DNA of 64,000 bases from Candidatus Latescibacterota bacterium (GTDB lineage: Bacteria > Latescibacterota > UBA2968 > UBA8231). The stretch spans positions 96,001-160,000 of the forward strand of contig CBDCXV010000011.1 in the NCBI GenBank assembly GCA_965223905.1, in the 5' to 3' direction. Positions 62,667-64,000 of the stretch are shown one piece after another. A program made the translations under genes and the position numbers. Each line of letters opens with the position of its first letter. Positions within the stretch are counted from its first letter, which is position 1. The notes below the pieces were generated by a model. That model made no database searches. It was not told where the DNA came from and saw only the letters and a list, made by a program, of their open reading frames with translations.

Positions 62667-63637
62667 ACCACAGGAGCGCCCTGATAACGGGAATCACGGG
62701 ACAGGACGGATCCTATCTCGCCGAGTTCCTGCTGGCGCGGGACTACCGGGTGTACGGACTGATCCGCCGCAGCAGCACGGTGAATTTCGAGCGCATAGCC
62801 CACATCCAGGATGACATCGAGATTCTTTCGGGCGATCTGCTCGACGAGAATTCCCTGCAGGGCGCCATTCAGGAGGCGCGGGCGGACGAGGTCTACAACC
62901 TCGGAGCGCAGTCGTTCGTCCCGGTTTCGTGGGAGCAACCGCTGCTCACCGGCGAGATCAACGGACTCGGTGTTACCCGGCTCCTGGAAGCGATCCGCAT
63001 TGTCGACAAAAACATTCGATTCTACCAGGCCAGCAGCAGCGAGCTGTTCGGCCAGGTCCGCGAAACTCCCCAGAACGAGACCACCCCTTTCCACCCGCGA
63101 TCTCCCTACGCGGTCTCCAAGCTCTACGCCCACTGGATCACGATCAACTACCGTGAATCGTACGGCATGCACTGTTGTGCGGGTATCCTTTTCAACCACG
63201 AGTCCCCGCGGCGCGGCCTGGAGTTCGTTTCGAGAAAGGTGACCCGCGGTGTAGCGCGGATAAAGCATGGACTGGCCGATCAGCTCGCTCTCGGCAACCT
63301 CGACTCCCGCCGCGATTGGGGATTTGCCGGGGATTACGTCGAAGCGATGTGGCTTATGCTGCAACAGGAGCAGCCGCAGGATTTCGTCATCGCAACCGGG
63401 GTCGACCGCTCGATCCGGGACTTCTGCGAGGTCGCCTTCGCCTGCGCCGGACTTCACTGGGAAGACCACGTCGTGGTCGACGAGAAATTCATGCGCCCCG
63501 CAGAGGTGGAGATCCTTCGCGGCGATGCCGGCAATGCCCGCAGGGTTCTCGGGTGGGAGGCGAAAACCAGCTTCGAGGAGATGGTTCGGATGATGGTCGA
63601 CAGCGACTTGGAAGCGGTCGGCCGTGAAACGCGCTGA
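62663..63637 (+). CDS. gmd: GDP-mannose 4,6-dehydratase
   Basis: GTG start overlapping the gcvP stop; [39 protein letters not shown]. Confidence 0.97.
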   Translation: MNHRSALITGITGQDGSYLAEFLLARDYRVYGLIRRSSTVNFERIAHIQDDIEILSGDLLDENSLQGAIQEARADEVYNLGAQSFVPVSWEQPLLTGEINGLGVTRLLEAIRIVDKNIRFYQASSSELFGQVRETPQNETTPFHPRSPYAVSKLYAHWITINYRESYGMHCCAGILFNHESPRRGLEFVSRKVTRGVARIKHGLADQLALGNLDSRRDWGFAGDYVEAMWLMLQQEQPQDFVIATGVDRSIRDFCEVAFACAGLHWEDHVVVDEKFMRPAEVEILRGDAGNARRVLGWEAKTSFEEMVRMMVDSDLEAVGRETR

Positions 63638-64000
63638 TATTCCCCTCCGGCTGGCAATTGCCTCGTGCTTCCTGCTGGGGTGGTCCGGTTGCCCGGGGGA
63701 CCCCGCGGTCACCCGCAAGGAGGTGCGAGCCGCCCTCGGGATTCCGCAGTTTCGCAACCCCCTGGAGGCCAGGCTGGTGTCGCGCTGGAAGAAACGGGAT
63801 ACCGTGATCGAGTCGGTCCGCTTCCAAGGCAGGCGGGGAGATTTCATCCCGGCGCTTGTCTGCTATTCCGAGCTCGCCCGCCACCGCCCGGCGCCGGCCA
63901 TACTCTGCATGCCGGGCAGTCCCAATCGCAAAGAGGACCTGATGCAGCCGTTGCAGCTGCTGCCGAGGTGGGCACGGCGGGGCTTCTTCGTCCTCAGCAT
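63624..64000 (+). CDS. Alpha/beta hydrolase (acetylxylan esterase-like), possible lipoprotein; truncated by the window end
   Basis: Open frame from GTG 63624: [23 protein letters not shown]...IESVRFQ...IPALV...PAILCMPG...[10 protein letters not shown]. Confidence 0.7.
   Translation, partial: MKRADIPLRLAIASCFLLGWSGCPGDPAVTRKEVRAALGIPQFRNPLEARLVSRWKKRDTVIESVRFQGRRGDFIPALVCYSELARHRPAPAILCMPGSPNRKEDLMQPLQLLPRWARRGFFVLS

Overview
GC-rich bacterial core-genome window. The gene set resembles FCB-superphylum / Latescibacterota-like organisms, but that is an inference only. It opens with the 3' part of a group II intron whose reverse-transcriptase ORF has been deleted down to a 25-codon stub. Housekeeping genes follow: lepA-lepB-hemW-thrB-wzz-like, mdh, argG (with tandem ARG-box-like operators), a sugar-catabolism cluster (MFS, TIM-barrel isomerase, Gfo/Idh/MocA oxidoreductases, one disrupted), ppgK and an orphan GroES-like gene. 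Next is a complete 12.4-kb alternative complex III plus caa3 (A2-type) oxidase operon, then cysS, smpB, a Cys-rich DnaC-like ATPase, rph, a sigma70 factor, holA, trxA, an unusual three-part cold-shock protein, clpX/clpP, epmA, hflKC, coaE, gcvT/gcvP and gmd. Four tRNAs are present (Tyr, Lys, Arg, Leu). The least explained elements are the ORF-less intron and a three-gene lectin-like/ExbB-like/ExbD-like operon (13849-16306) facing two coiled-coil envelope proteins. No CRISPR array, rRNA or transposase was seen. All calls come from manual motif reading, with no database search.
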